From positions 747 to 64,746 of the forward strand of contig CANIZL010000003.1 in NCBI GenBank assembly GCA_947471985.1: a DNA stretch of 64,000 nt, in the 5' to 3' direction. This document shows, in pieces, positions 30,194 to 39,244 of this stretch. Every line of letters starts with the position of its first letter. Positions within the stretch are counted from its first letter, which is position 1. Position numbers and translations under genes: made by a program. The notes beneath the pieces were generated by a model. It was not told where the DNA came from, did no database searches, and worked only from the letters and a program-made list of their open reading frames with translations. Source of the DNA: Verrucomicrobiota bacterium (lineage in GTDB: Bacteria > Verrucomicrobiota > Verrucomicrobiia > Limisphaerales > UBA9464).

Positions 30194-30718
30194 TTACCGA
30201 TCGCGCCTCTCGTGATGTTCGTCATTAGACTCACAGGGTAGGTGGCACTTTTCGGCGGCATCGCGAATGGCTTCGACCTGCTTCTCCGTCAGGACACGGC
30301 TTTTCCGCAAACCACGGAGGAACCGTTCCAAACCGCTCTCGAACTGGCCGCGATTCTTGGCCGATGCCTGCAATGCGGCGATGGAATCCGATATGGTGCA
30401 TTGGGTCGAGGCATCGATTACCAGATTGGGCACACCCGAGTCCCGGTCGCAGAGGATGACCGTGGCATCAACGTCCCATTCGAGGACGTAACCACCGATT
30501 GTACCGTCACTGCCTTCATCGTTCCAGCCAGAGAGGATCGTCGGGTGTGCTGGGCGCCCCTTTTGCCCTGGTAAGTCGGTCTTGACCGCGATCGTCCGGC
30601 TCTGAGGTTGATATCGTTTGGCAGTTTTGACTCGTAGGATCTCTTCATTGGCGCGGTGTCGTTGGACGAGCCGACCAATAATCATTGCTATAAAATCGCG
30701 GACGGAATTTACGCTCAC
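30194..30718 (-). CDS. Hypothetical protein (orphan)
   Basis: 174-aa ORF in the lower-GC stretch, with an AT-rich upstream region (CAATTATTAATAAAC). No family recognised. Confidence 0.5.
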   Translation of the reverse strand: MSVNSVRDFIAMIIGRLVQRHRANEEILRVKTAKRYQPQSRTIAVKTDLPGQKGRPAHPTILSGWNDEGSDGTIGGYVLEWDVDATVILCDRDSGVPNLVIDASTQCTISDSIAALQASAKNRGQFESGLERFLRGLRKSRVLTEKQVEAIRDAAEKCHLPCESNDEHHERRDR

Positions 30719-30790
30719 AATTATTAATAAACAGCCCGTGCCCTAGTGCCGGGAGATCCGGAATGATTCAACGGTGCGAGTTTTTGAAAA

Positions 30791-31162
30791 ATGAAACCTA
30801 ATATTGTTTGGTACGATATCCCGGCGATCGATTTGGATCGCGCCATTCGGTTCTATTCGGCGGTGCTGGCGGCGCCGGTGCTGAAGGATCTGGTCGAAGG
30901 CGTTCCGATTGGATGGCTGCCCACTGAGGACGGCCAGATGATGGGCTGCCTTTGTGTCGTGCCGGGTTTCAAGCCGTCCGCGGACGGGGTGATGATCTAC
31001 CTGGGCGTCAACGGACGGCTGCAGTCCGCGGTCGCCGCCGTGCGGGAGAATGGCGGCACGGTGCAGTCCGAAATTCACTCGATCGGTCGACACGGCTTTC
31101 GCGCCGAGGTGTTGGATTCGGAGGGCAATTGCCTCGCCCTTCATTCGATGACGGCGGTATGA
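30791..31162 (+). CDS. VOC (glyoxalase/bleomycin-resistance fold) family protein
   Basis: 123 aa. The N-terminal IVWYDIPAIDLDRAIRFYSAVL and C-terminal FRAEVLDSEGNCLALHS are typical of small VOC proteins. Confidence 0.75.
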   Translation: MKPNIVWYDIPAIDLDRAIRFYSAVLAAPVLKDLVEGVPIGWLPTEDGQMMGCLCVVPGFKPSADGVMIYLGVNGRLQSAVAAVRENGGTVQSEIHSIGRHGFRAEVLDSEGNCLALHSMTAV

Positions 31163-31680
31163 TCGAGGGTTCCTTCAGTTCGAGTGCGCTGCGGATTCGG
31201 GATACCGTTCCGGAGGATGCCTCGGCCGTTTCCCTCCTGATCGATACCGTGGCTCGCGAACGACGCTTCCTGGCGGGCACCTCTGGGTTTTCGGTGGAAT
31301 CGACGGCGGCGTTTATTGCCGGCGTCCGGGCCGCCCAAGGGGTTCACCGGGTGGCGATCCTGAACGAGGCCATCGTCGGGTGGTGTGATATTACGCCGCT
31401 GTCCTTCGAAGGCATGGTGCACGTTGGCCGGCTGGGGATGGGCGTGCTCGCGGGCTTTCGTGGGAAGGGGATCGGGAAAGCCTTGCTGAAGTCGGCCCTG
31501 GAGCAGGCGTTTCATCAGGGCTTGGAGCGCGTCGAGTTGGAGGTGTTTCGGTCGAATGCGGCGGCGATTTGCCTTTATGAAGCGCACGGATTTATCCGGG
31601 AAGGCGTCAAGGTGGCGGCGCGAAAACTGGACGGAACGCCCGACGACATTGTGCTTTTCGCCAAGTTTGGGAGTGTCTGA
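31159..31680 (+). CDS. GNAT family N-acetyltransferase
   Basis: The ATG at 31159 overlaps the VOC stop (ATGA). Acetyl-CoA motif GFRGKGIGKALL, then ERVELEVFRSNAAAICLYEAHGF. Confidence 0.85.
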   Translation: MIEGSFSSSALRIRDTVPEDASAVSLLIDTVARERRFLAGTSGFSVESTAAFIAGVRAAQGVHRVAILNEAIVGWCDITPLSFEGMVHVGRLGMGVLAGFRGKGIGKALLKSALEQAFHQGLERVELEVFRSNAAAICLYEAHGFIREGVKVAARKLDGTPDDIVLFAKFGSV

Positions 31681-31734
31681 GCGCGGGGTGTAATGGCGGT
31701 CGCGTTGATGAAGTAGTGGCGAGAATGCTCACTT

Positions 31735-32970
31735 ATGAATGATCCCAAAACCATCTGGCGCGCGGCGGAGAGTGCGGTGATTGCTGGTGACGTATTGACC
31801 CTCGAGCGTTTGCTCCGCGAGCACGGGAAGATGTTTCAGGAACAGCCTCCCGAATCCAGTTGGTGCGGCGGTCTGGCGCCCAGCTACGCCGGCGGTGAGG
31901 CCCGAGCCATTATCGCGCGGGAACATCATTTTGCGGATTGGGCGGAGTATGAAGCGAACGCGACGGCGATGCGTCTGGTCGATTCCAGTGAGGCGTGGTT
32001 TGAGGCGGCGGTGGATGCCGTCGTCGCTGGTGACGTGATGGCGCTGCAGCGCTTGCTGGAGCAGCATTCGGAAGGGGTTCGTCTCCGGTCGGGTCGACGG
32101 CATCGGTCCACCTTGTTGCATTATGTGGGCGCCAATGGCGTGGAAGGTTGGCGTCAACGAACCCCGGCCAATGCGGTTCAAGTGGCGGAACTGTTGTTCC
32201 AATTCGGCGCCGATGTCGATGCCGTGGCGGAGATGTATGGCGGATCGACGACCTTGGGGCTGGTCGCGACCAGCATTCATCCCCTGCGGGCAGGCTTGCA
32301 GAATGCGCTGATCGATATTCTTCTGGCGCACGGCGCCCGTTTCGAGGTGGCCGTGGCGCCGAATTATACCTCGGGAAATTTGATCAACGCCTGCCTGGCG
32401 AACGGGCGTCCGCAGGCCGCGGAATATTTGGCGGAACGGGGCGCGCCGTTGGATTTGGAAGCCGCCTGTGGGGTGGGGTGGTTGCGGCAGGTGAAGACGT
32501 ACTTCGATGAATCCGGGCAGTTGAAATCCGCCGCCACGCAGGCCCAGATGAACTCTGGATTTCAATGGGCCTGCGAGTACGGGCGGATCGACGTGGTGGA
32601 TTTTCTGCTCTCGCAGGGCATTGCGGTTGGCGTGGTGCATCGGGGCCAGACGGGATTGCATCAGGCGGCCCTGGGTGGGCAGGTGGAGGTCGTTCGGCTG
32701 CTCCTGGCGCATTCGGCGCCGGTGGAGGTTCGTGATTCGGCGTGGCGGGACACGCCGCTCGGCTGGGCGCTGCATGGATGGGCGCATCCGCCGCCCGATG
32801 TGTCGGGTTCCCGCTACCTCGAAGTGGTGACCCAATTGGTCGCCGCGGGGGCGATCGTCGAGCCGGCGTGGCTGGTCGGTGGAAAAGTGCGGGGCGATGC
32901 AGCAATGTGGGCGGCGTTGCGCGGGGAAGCGCTGCCGCCGGACAACCACGGAAGTTCGCGGCAGCCGTAG
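31735..32970 (+). CDS. Ankyrin-repeat protein
   Basis: 411 aa. Repeats such as STLLHYVGANG and GQTGLHQAALGGQVEVVRLLLAHSAPVEVRD...TPLGWALHG. Confidence 0.8.
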   Translation: MNDPKTIWRAAESAVIAGDVLTLERLLREHGKMFQEQPPESSWCGGLAPSYAGGEARAIIAREHHFADWAEYEANATAMRLVDSSEAWFEAAVDAVVAGDVMALQRLLEQHSEGVRLRSGRRHRSTLLHYVGANGVEGWRQRTPANAVQVAELLFQFGADVDAVAEMYGGSTTLGLVATSIHPLRAGLQNALIDILLAHGARFEVAVAPNYTSGNLINACLANGRPQAAEYLAERGAPLDLEAACGVGWLRQVKTYFDESGQLKSAATQAQMNSGFQWACEYGRIDVVDFLLSQGIAVGVVHRGQTGLHQAALGGQVEVVRLLLAHSAPVEVRDSAWRDTPLGWALHGWAHPPPDVSGSRYLEVVTQLVAAGAIVEPAWLVGGKVRGDAAMWAALRGEALPPDNHGSSRQP

Positions 32971-33100
32971 ACCCATTCTCCAATCCCGTTGTCCGGTGAT
33001 CGCGCCTATTCGCGTAGGTATTCCCCCCGGGTGCGGCTGCGGTAACCGTGGAGTGTTCTGGGGGCTGGATCCGCGGGGCGGGTGGGCGTAGGTTGTCGGC

Positions 33101-34978
33101 ATGACTCTCCGTTCGATCCGCGCTGAGTGGTTTGGCGTCCGATTTTGGTGCGTTTGGGCGGCCTGCTGGATGGCTTTGGCCGTTCGCGGGGCGGGACCCG
33201 GGGCGGGAGCCGGGGCGGGGGAGTCCACGCTCTACGCACTGATTCAGGGCAGCACGTTTACCGCCGGTGGACGCGCGCCGCTGGTGCCGCTGCGGGGCGC
33301 GTTTCGCCTGACGCCGCAGATCAGTCCGCTGGATCGGCAGTTCTATCGCGTGGAAGGCGTGCGTTTGGAAATCGGGGGCGGCGCGGGGGCTCGTACGGTG
33401 TTGCGGGGCGGGGGATACTATTCCCTCGGTGGTCGGGGAGCCCAGACCCAGCAGTTGGTTTTGGATCTCACCGATGGCGAGGCTTCGCGGCATTTTGATT
33501 CCGGTCTGGTGTCGGCGGACGGCGCCTTTCCGGAATTGGATTTGTCGCTGTTCGGCGACGCTCCGCTGCGACCGGCGATCCACTGCCGCGCGGTGCCCGA
33601 ATTATCGCGTCAGCGCTACTCCACCGTTCTGGGGACCTCGATTCTGGATGACTGCTCGATCTGCGATCGGTTGGCGCGCTACGTGCCGCTGGCGGGCAGT
33701 TTTGATTTGGTGCACACGGGCGGCAATCCGCTGTTTGAGCGGTATCATGTGTTCAATCTGCAGTTGAGAGATTCGGCGGATCCGGTGGGCTTGGAAGTGA
33801 CGGGTGAAGGAACGCTGGAGGTTGGTGGCGAAGTCGCTTTGCAACAGAAGTGGACGCTCGAACTGACGATTCGCACGCCGACGGAGAGCCGGACGATCAC
33901 GCTGCGCAATGAAGATTCACGCGTCGGCCGGCTCTGGCCCATGCTGCGGGTGGATTTGGCGGAGGATGGCGGGACGGTTTTATCGCGATATTTTCTGACG
34001 CTGGCCGCGGCACCGTTTCGGGAACTGTGGTTTGGCATTCCCCACGGATTGACCCCAGGCGCCGCCGGGGGCTCGACGAAGCATCTTGGCCCGGCGGATA
34101 TCTTGAGCGACTCGGGGCGGGTGGTGGTGCCGGGTGATTCGTGGTTGATGGCGACGGGATTGGCGGCGGACGTCGGGTTGGACGCGTTTGATGTGGTCCC
34201 CGGGGGAGCGGGAGTGATTGCGGTGTCGCCTGACCGCGAGGCGATCAGCTCGCAACTCGGGCGCGTGGGTGAAGGGGATCTTTTGGGTTCCGACGGTACG
34301 GTGCGCGTCCGCAATGGCGCCTTGGTGTCGGCCTTTGGCTTCATGCCGGTGGTGCCCGACCTGGGATTGGACGCGGTTTTTCAGCGGTCCGCGAAAGAGT
34401 GGCTCTTTTCGACGCGCCGGGCGGCGTTTTCCGAGCGACTCGGTGTGACGATCGGCCGCGGCGATCTGCTTTCGAGTCAGGGCGCTGTGGTGCGGCGTCA
34501 GGCGGAGTTGCTGGCGCACTTTCAACCACCGGCCGGCAAGCCGGATTACGGGCTGGACGCCTTCCATGTTTGGCCGTCGGGGGAGATTTGGTTTTCGCTC
34601 GAAAGCGGGTTTCAAGATGCGGCGCTCGGCCCCATTTCGGACGGTGATATCCTCAGCGATCAGGGGTATGTGGTGGGACGCAATCTGGATCTATTGCGAC
34701 CGTTTCAACCCTTGGAGGACGTGGCCAATTTCGGGTTGCAGGGACTCTGGGTGGTTTCCGATGTCGCGGTCGCGGGACCGGCGCTGGCCCGCTGGACGAC
34801 GACTCCTACCGGACCCGCCCTGCGGTGGTCGGGGCTGGGGCGGGTTTTTCAGGTGGAATCGACCGAGCGACTCGACGATCCGTTCGTCGCCGCCGGGCCG
34901 CTGACACCCGCGGTGGATTGGCCGCTGCCGCCGGCGCCCGCGCTGCGGCAGGGTTTTTTTCGGGTGCGATCGTGGTGA
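33101..34978 (+). CDS. Secreted protein with four ~62-aa internal repeats and a C-terminal W..FQVES...FFRVR domain
   Basis: 625 aa. Signal-like FGVRFWCVWAACWMALAVRGAG. Repeats carry GD[IL]LS.xG.VV and GLDAF.V. The C-terminal tail is ALRWSGLGRVFQVES...QGFFRVRSW. Confidence 0.7.
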   Translation: MTLRSIRAEWFGVRFWCVWAACWMALAVRGAGPGAGAGAGESTLYALIQGSTFTAGGRAPLVPLRGAFRLTPQISPLDRQFYRVEGVRLEIGGGAGARTVLRGGGYYSLGGRGAQTQQLVLDLTDGEASRHFDSGLVSADGAFPELDLSLFGDAPLRPAIHCRAVPELSRQRYSTVLGTSILDDCSICDRLARYVPLAGSFDLVHTGGNPLFERYHVFNLQLRDSADPVGLEVTGEGTLEVGGEVALQQKWTLELTIRTPTESRTITLRNEDSRVGRLWPMLRVDLAEDGGTVLSRYFLTLAAAPFRELWFGIPHGLTPGAAGGSTKHLGPADILSDSGRVVVPGDSWLMATGLAADVGLDAFDVVPGGAGVIAVSPDREAISSQLGRVGEGDLLGSDGTVRVRNGALVSAFGFMPVVPDLGLDAVFQRSAKEWLFSTRRAAFSERLGVTIGRGDLLSSQGAVVRRQAELLAHFQPPAGKPDYGLDAFHVWPSGEIWFSLESGFQDAALGPISDGDILSDQGYVVGRNLDLLRPFQPLEDVANFGLQGLWVVSDVAVAGPALARWTTTPTGPALRWSGLGRVFQVESTERLDDPFVAAGPLTPAVDWPLPPAPALRQGFFRVRSW

Positions 34979-35022
34979 TTGTTGGGCGCCGCGATCCCCG
35001 ACTTGGGGAATAGTATTTTTCT

Positions 35023-35802
35023 TTGTTGGGTTTGCCATTATCCTTAGCGCTCGTGGAAGATGTCTTGGAGGATCCATTGCCGCGGTCGGCGCAGGCGGAG
35101 TTTCAGACCACCCATTGGAGTGTGGTGTTGCTGGTGGGCGGTGCGTGTGAATCGGCAGCGCAGCAGGCGCTCGAAGAGCTCTGCCGGGCTTATTGGTTTC
35201 CCTTGTATGCCTATGTGCGGCGGCAGGGTCAACGGCCGGAGGACGCGCAGGATCTGACCCAGGAGTTTTTCAGTCGCTTTTTGGAACGGGGCAATTTTGA
35301 GCGGGCGGATCCGGGTCGGGGGCGATTTCGCACGTATCTCCTCACCTGTCTCAAACGGTTCCTGAACGAGGAATGGCGTCGGGCGAACCGTCAGAAGCGG
35401 GGGGGTGGGCGCTTCGCCCTTCCCGCAACGTTGCAGGACGCGGAGCTCCGTCTCGCCGTGGAGCCCAGCGATCAGCTGACGCCGGACCGGCTCTATGACC
35501 GCCGCTGGGTGGAGGCTTTGCTGGAGCGCGTGCTGGTGCGGCTGCGGCGGGATTATGAATCCACCGGCCGCACCACCGTTTACGCCCAGTTGCAGCAGTT
35601 TCTCTGGGGACCGCAGACGGAGATCTCGTACGTGGAGATGGGCCGGCTCCTGCAGATGAACGAAGGCGCCATCAAGGTGGCGGTGCACCGGCTGCGGCAA
35701 CGCTATCGCGAATTGCTCCGCGAAGAGGTCGCCCACACGGTCGAGCGTCCCGAGCAGGTGGACGAGGAGTTGCGCCATATGTTGAGCGTTTTTGGCGACT
35801 GA
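35023..35802 (+). CDS. ECF-type RNA polymerase sigma factor (kinase-associated type)
   Basis: The ORF opens at a TTG at 35023, with an alternative GTG at 35053. Contains TTHWSVVL, region 2 (YWFPLYAYVRRQG...DAQDLTQEFF) and region 4 (EGAIKVAVHRLRQRYRELL). Confidence 0.8.
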   Translation: MLGLPLSLALVEDVLEDPLPRSAQAEFQTTHWSVVLLVGGACESAAQQALEELCRAYWFPLYAYVRRQGQRPEDAQDLTQEFFSRFLERGNFERADPGRGRFRTYLLTCLKRFLNEEWRRANRQKRGGGRFALPATLQDAELRLAVEPSDQLTPDRLYDRRWVEALLERVLVRLRRDYESTGRTTVYAQLQQFLWGPQTEISYVEMGRLLQMNEGAIKVAVHRLRQRYRELLREEVAHTVERPEQVDEELRHMLSVFGD

Positions 35803-35830
35803 TCGCCGAGGGTTTCCTGGTTTCCCGGCC

Positions 35831-38800
35831 ATGGCTACGTGTCAGAAATGCAGCACGACGGTGATGTCGCCCCTCGGGGTGGGGCTTTGCCCGCGGTGCC
35901 TCATCGAGGACGGGCTGGAGGTGGAACCTGAGGTCGGCCCGGGGGAACCGGCGCCGCTGGTGAATCCGTTTTCCCACCGGGTTTTCGGCGATTACGAGCT
36001 GCTGGAGGAAGTGGCGCGGGGTGGCATGGGGGTGATTTACAAGGCGCGCCAAAAGAGTCTCGGGCGTACGGTGGCGTTGAAGGTGCTGTCGTCGGGTGAA
36101 TTTGCCCGACCCGAATACGTGGCCCGGTTTCGGGTGGAAGCCGCGGCGGCGGCCCGATTGCAGCACCCTAACATCGTTTCGATCCACCAGGTGGGCGAAC
36201 ACGATGGCATTCCGTACTTCACCATGGACTTGGTGGAGGGCCCGAATCTGGCCGACTGGATGCAGGGCCGCACGCTGCCGGCGGATCGCGCGGCGGGCTA
36301 TTTGCGGACGTTGGCCGAGGCGATCCAGCATGCGCATGATCACGGTATTCTGCACCGGGACTTGAAGCCCTCGAACATCCTGATGGATCCGTTTGGGGAG
36401 CCCCGGATCACGGACTTTGGATTGGCGAAGGAAATGGCGGGGGAGTCCGAGTTGACCGTGACCGGCCAGGTCGTGGGCACGCCGGGATATCTACCGCCGG
36501 AACAAGCCGATGCGATTTTTGGGCCGGTGACACCGCGTTCGGATGTCTATGCGCTTGGAGCGTTGCTGTATTACCTGCTGACGGCCCGGGCGCCGTTCGT
36601 GGCGGGCTCGCTGGCGGAGATGTTGCGGCAGATGCTGTCGACCGATCCGGTGGCGCCGCGTTTGTTGAACCCGGCGGTGCCGGTGGACCTGGAGACGATC
36701 TGTCTCAAGTGCCTCGAGCGCGATCCGGTCCGGCGGTACCAAACCGCCGCGGCTTTGGCGCAGGACCTGACGCGCTTTTTGGCGGGTGAACCCATCTTGG
36801 CCCGACCGCTGTCGGCGCCGGGACGATTTGTCCGTTGGTGTCGTCGTCGTCCGGCGCTGGCGGCGGCGTGGTTTCTGGCGGTGGCTCTGGCGGTCGGTTC
36901 GACCCTTTCCACCGTTCTGGTCGTCCGGGCGTGGCGTCACACCGGGGCCGCGTTGGTGCAGGTGCGTTCGGCCGAGGCGGCGGGACGCGAGCGACTGCGG
37001 GAAGCCCGGTTGGCGGAGGCGCAGGCCATTCGCCGAACCACCCTGCCCGGACGACGGGAACGGGCCTTGAAGGCTTTGGCGGAGGCCGCTGGAGTGCGGG
37101 GCGGAGATGATCTGCGAGAAGAAGCCCTGGCGGCGCTGCTGCTGACCGATGTGCAACCAGTGGAGCAATGGGATCTGCATCCCGGCGTGCCAGCGGAGAT
37201 TGCGTTTGATCCGTCCGGGACCACTGCGGCGGTGCGACTGATGGAGTCGGACGGATTGGCCGCCGGGGCGCCGTCCTTGCGAACCTGGGGCAGCAGCAAT
37301 CCGCCGGTGGTGCTCGATATGGCGGGATCTACCAATACGCTGGGGCCCCTGCGGTACAGCCCGGATGGAGGCCTGATGCTCGCGCGGCTCGATGACGCGT
37401 GCGTGCGTCTCTGGCGAACGGCGAATGGACAGTCGGTGTTGACCTTGACCAATCGCCCGCGTCCCGGCGGGGAAATGATGACGAACCCTTTAATGAGGAC
37501 TGTGCCTTCACACCCGACGGACGGCATTTTGTCGTGGGCTTGCCGGAGCGGGGATTGTCCCTGCACCGGGTGACGGATGGGGCGGAAGTGGCGCGTTGGC
37601 CCGAGGGCAGTCGTTTCACCACGGTGCGCATGGCGCCGGACGGACGGCATCTCGCGGCGGCGGTGCTGGGAGGGTCGCCGACGGATTCGGTGGAGATCCT
37701 GGAGCTGCCCGGTCTGCGTGGGGTGCGGAAGCTGCCGGTGGGTACGCGCTTCAGTGGCATGTGCTGGGCCGCGGACAGTCATACGCTGGCCATGATGACC
37801 AGCGAAAACACCCTCGCGATTTACGACGCGGTGGAAGGCCGCCTCTTGAAGCGCCTGGTTTGTCCGGGCACGGGACCGGGCGAGTTGCATTTCCTGGGCA
37901 ACGATCGACTGCTGGCGTATCGCGGCCGGGGGACGTTGCTGCGGGTGCTGAATCTGGGCAGCGGGCAGGAGGATATTGTGCTCGATGGCTACGGCGTGAG
38001 CAGTCTCGCTGCGGCGCCGGGCGGTGATTCCTTTGTGTTTTCCTCCATGGCGGGATTGGCCACGCGTTTTCGGTGTCAATTGCCCACGGGTTATCAGACG
38101 CTGCCCGCGCCGGCGCCGGATGGTGTCGAGATGGCCATGAACAACTGCTGTCTCGATTTCACGGCGGATGGTCGCTGGGTGGCCACCAGTCACGGCCGCT
38201 TTCTATTTATACGGGATGTGCGGGACGGTCGCCTGGTGGAATCCTTCGACGCGGGATCGCCGCATGGGCTGGAACTCAGCACCGTGATGTATTGTGACGG
38301 TGGACGGGCCCTGTTGCGACACTCCACCCACTCAGGTTTGCGGCGTCATGAACTGGTCCCGGACCGCGACGGAGTGCCGCATCTTGGCCGGGTGCAGACA
38401 TTGAATTCCGATCTGGGTTGGACTCTGACGGACCGCACGGCCGATGCGCATCGATTGTTTTTGATCCATAGCCGCCAGGAGCGGGTCCGGGTGTTGCAGG
38501 TGGAGGGGAGCTCGTCGCAGGTGGTGAGCGAATGGTCGGTGCCGGGAGTGTATTCGGGGGCCTTCAGTCCGGAAGGCGATCGGGTGCTGGTGAATTGCGG
38601 GGCGGTGGGTACCAACTTTTCTGGATTGCGGATCCGTCTCCATCGGGTGAGCGACGGCGCGGTCCTGCGGGAATTGCCGGCTCCGATCTCCTGTGATGTC
38701 GCGTGGAGCGACGACGGACAGACCGTCATGACTTCCAACGGTCAGGAGCAGAGCATTCTGTGGGACGCCCGGACCTGGACGCAAAAGGCCAACTTAAAAG

Positions 38801-39069
38801 GTCTCATGGGCGGCGACATGACGAGCTTTGCCCTTTCACCGCAAAGTTCGTACTCGGTGATTACCCGGGATGAGACTGTGTTTCTGGTGGGTTTGGACGG
38901 GCGGGTCCTGGCCCGGTTTGATCTGCCGGGAACGTCGGGGTTGGCGGCGGGAATCCGCTTTCTGCCGGACCGCCGCCGTGTGGCGATCTTGTGGCGCGAC
39001 GGTCGCCTGGATCTCCTCGATCCGGAAGCGCTGCACGCTCAGTTGAACCGATTGGGATTGGGGTGGTGA
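35831..39069 (+). pseudogene. Ser/Thr protein kinase with zinc-ribbon, TM and WD40/beta-propeller region, interrupted by a frameshift
   Basis: Two ORFs, 35792..37573 and 37399..39069, lie in different frames. The first has CQKCSTT..GLCPRCL, the kinase motifs HRDLKPSNIL and DFGLA, a TM segment, and the first propeller blade. The second continues with FTPDGRHFVVG, MAPDGRHLAAA and AFSPEGDRVLV blades. Adding one G in the GGGG run at 37469-37472 joins the two frames. Confidence 0.8.
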
Positions 39070-39244
39070 AATGACGTGCCCGGCCCAGCGGAATCGGGGA
39101 TGACGTGTCGGCACCGATTGCGGAAGTGGAGGGGGGCGAGGACGGGGGAAATGTTTCCTTCACCGCTGCATGCCATTGTCGGTTGGAGGTTGCCGCGCGG
39201 AGGGGATTTGGTCCGGGTGGGCATCGTCCGCTAGGCTCGGGAGG

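Noticed and set aside
37460-37480. Programmed -1 ribosomal frameshift in the kinase-WD40 gene
   Set aside because: In the upstream frame the codons are ggc ggg gaa atg, which is not an X_XXY_YYZ slippery heptamer. I see no obvious downstream pseudoknot or hairpin. A simple 1-nt indel in the G4 run, whether real or a sequencing error, is more parsimonious.
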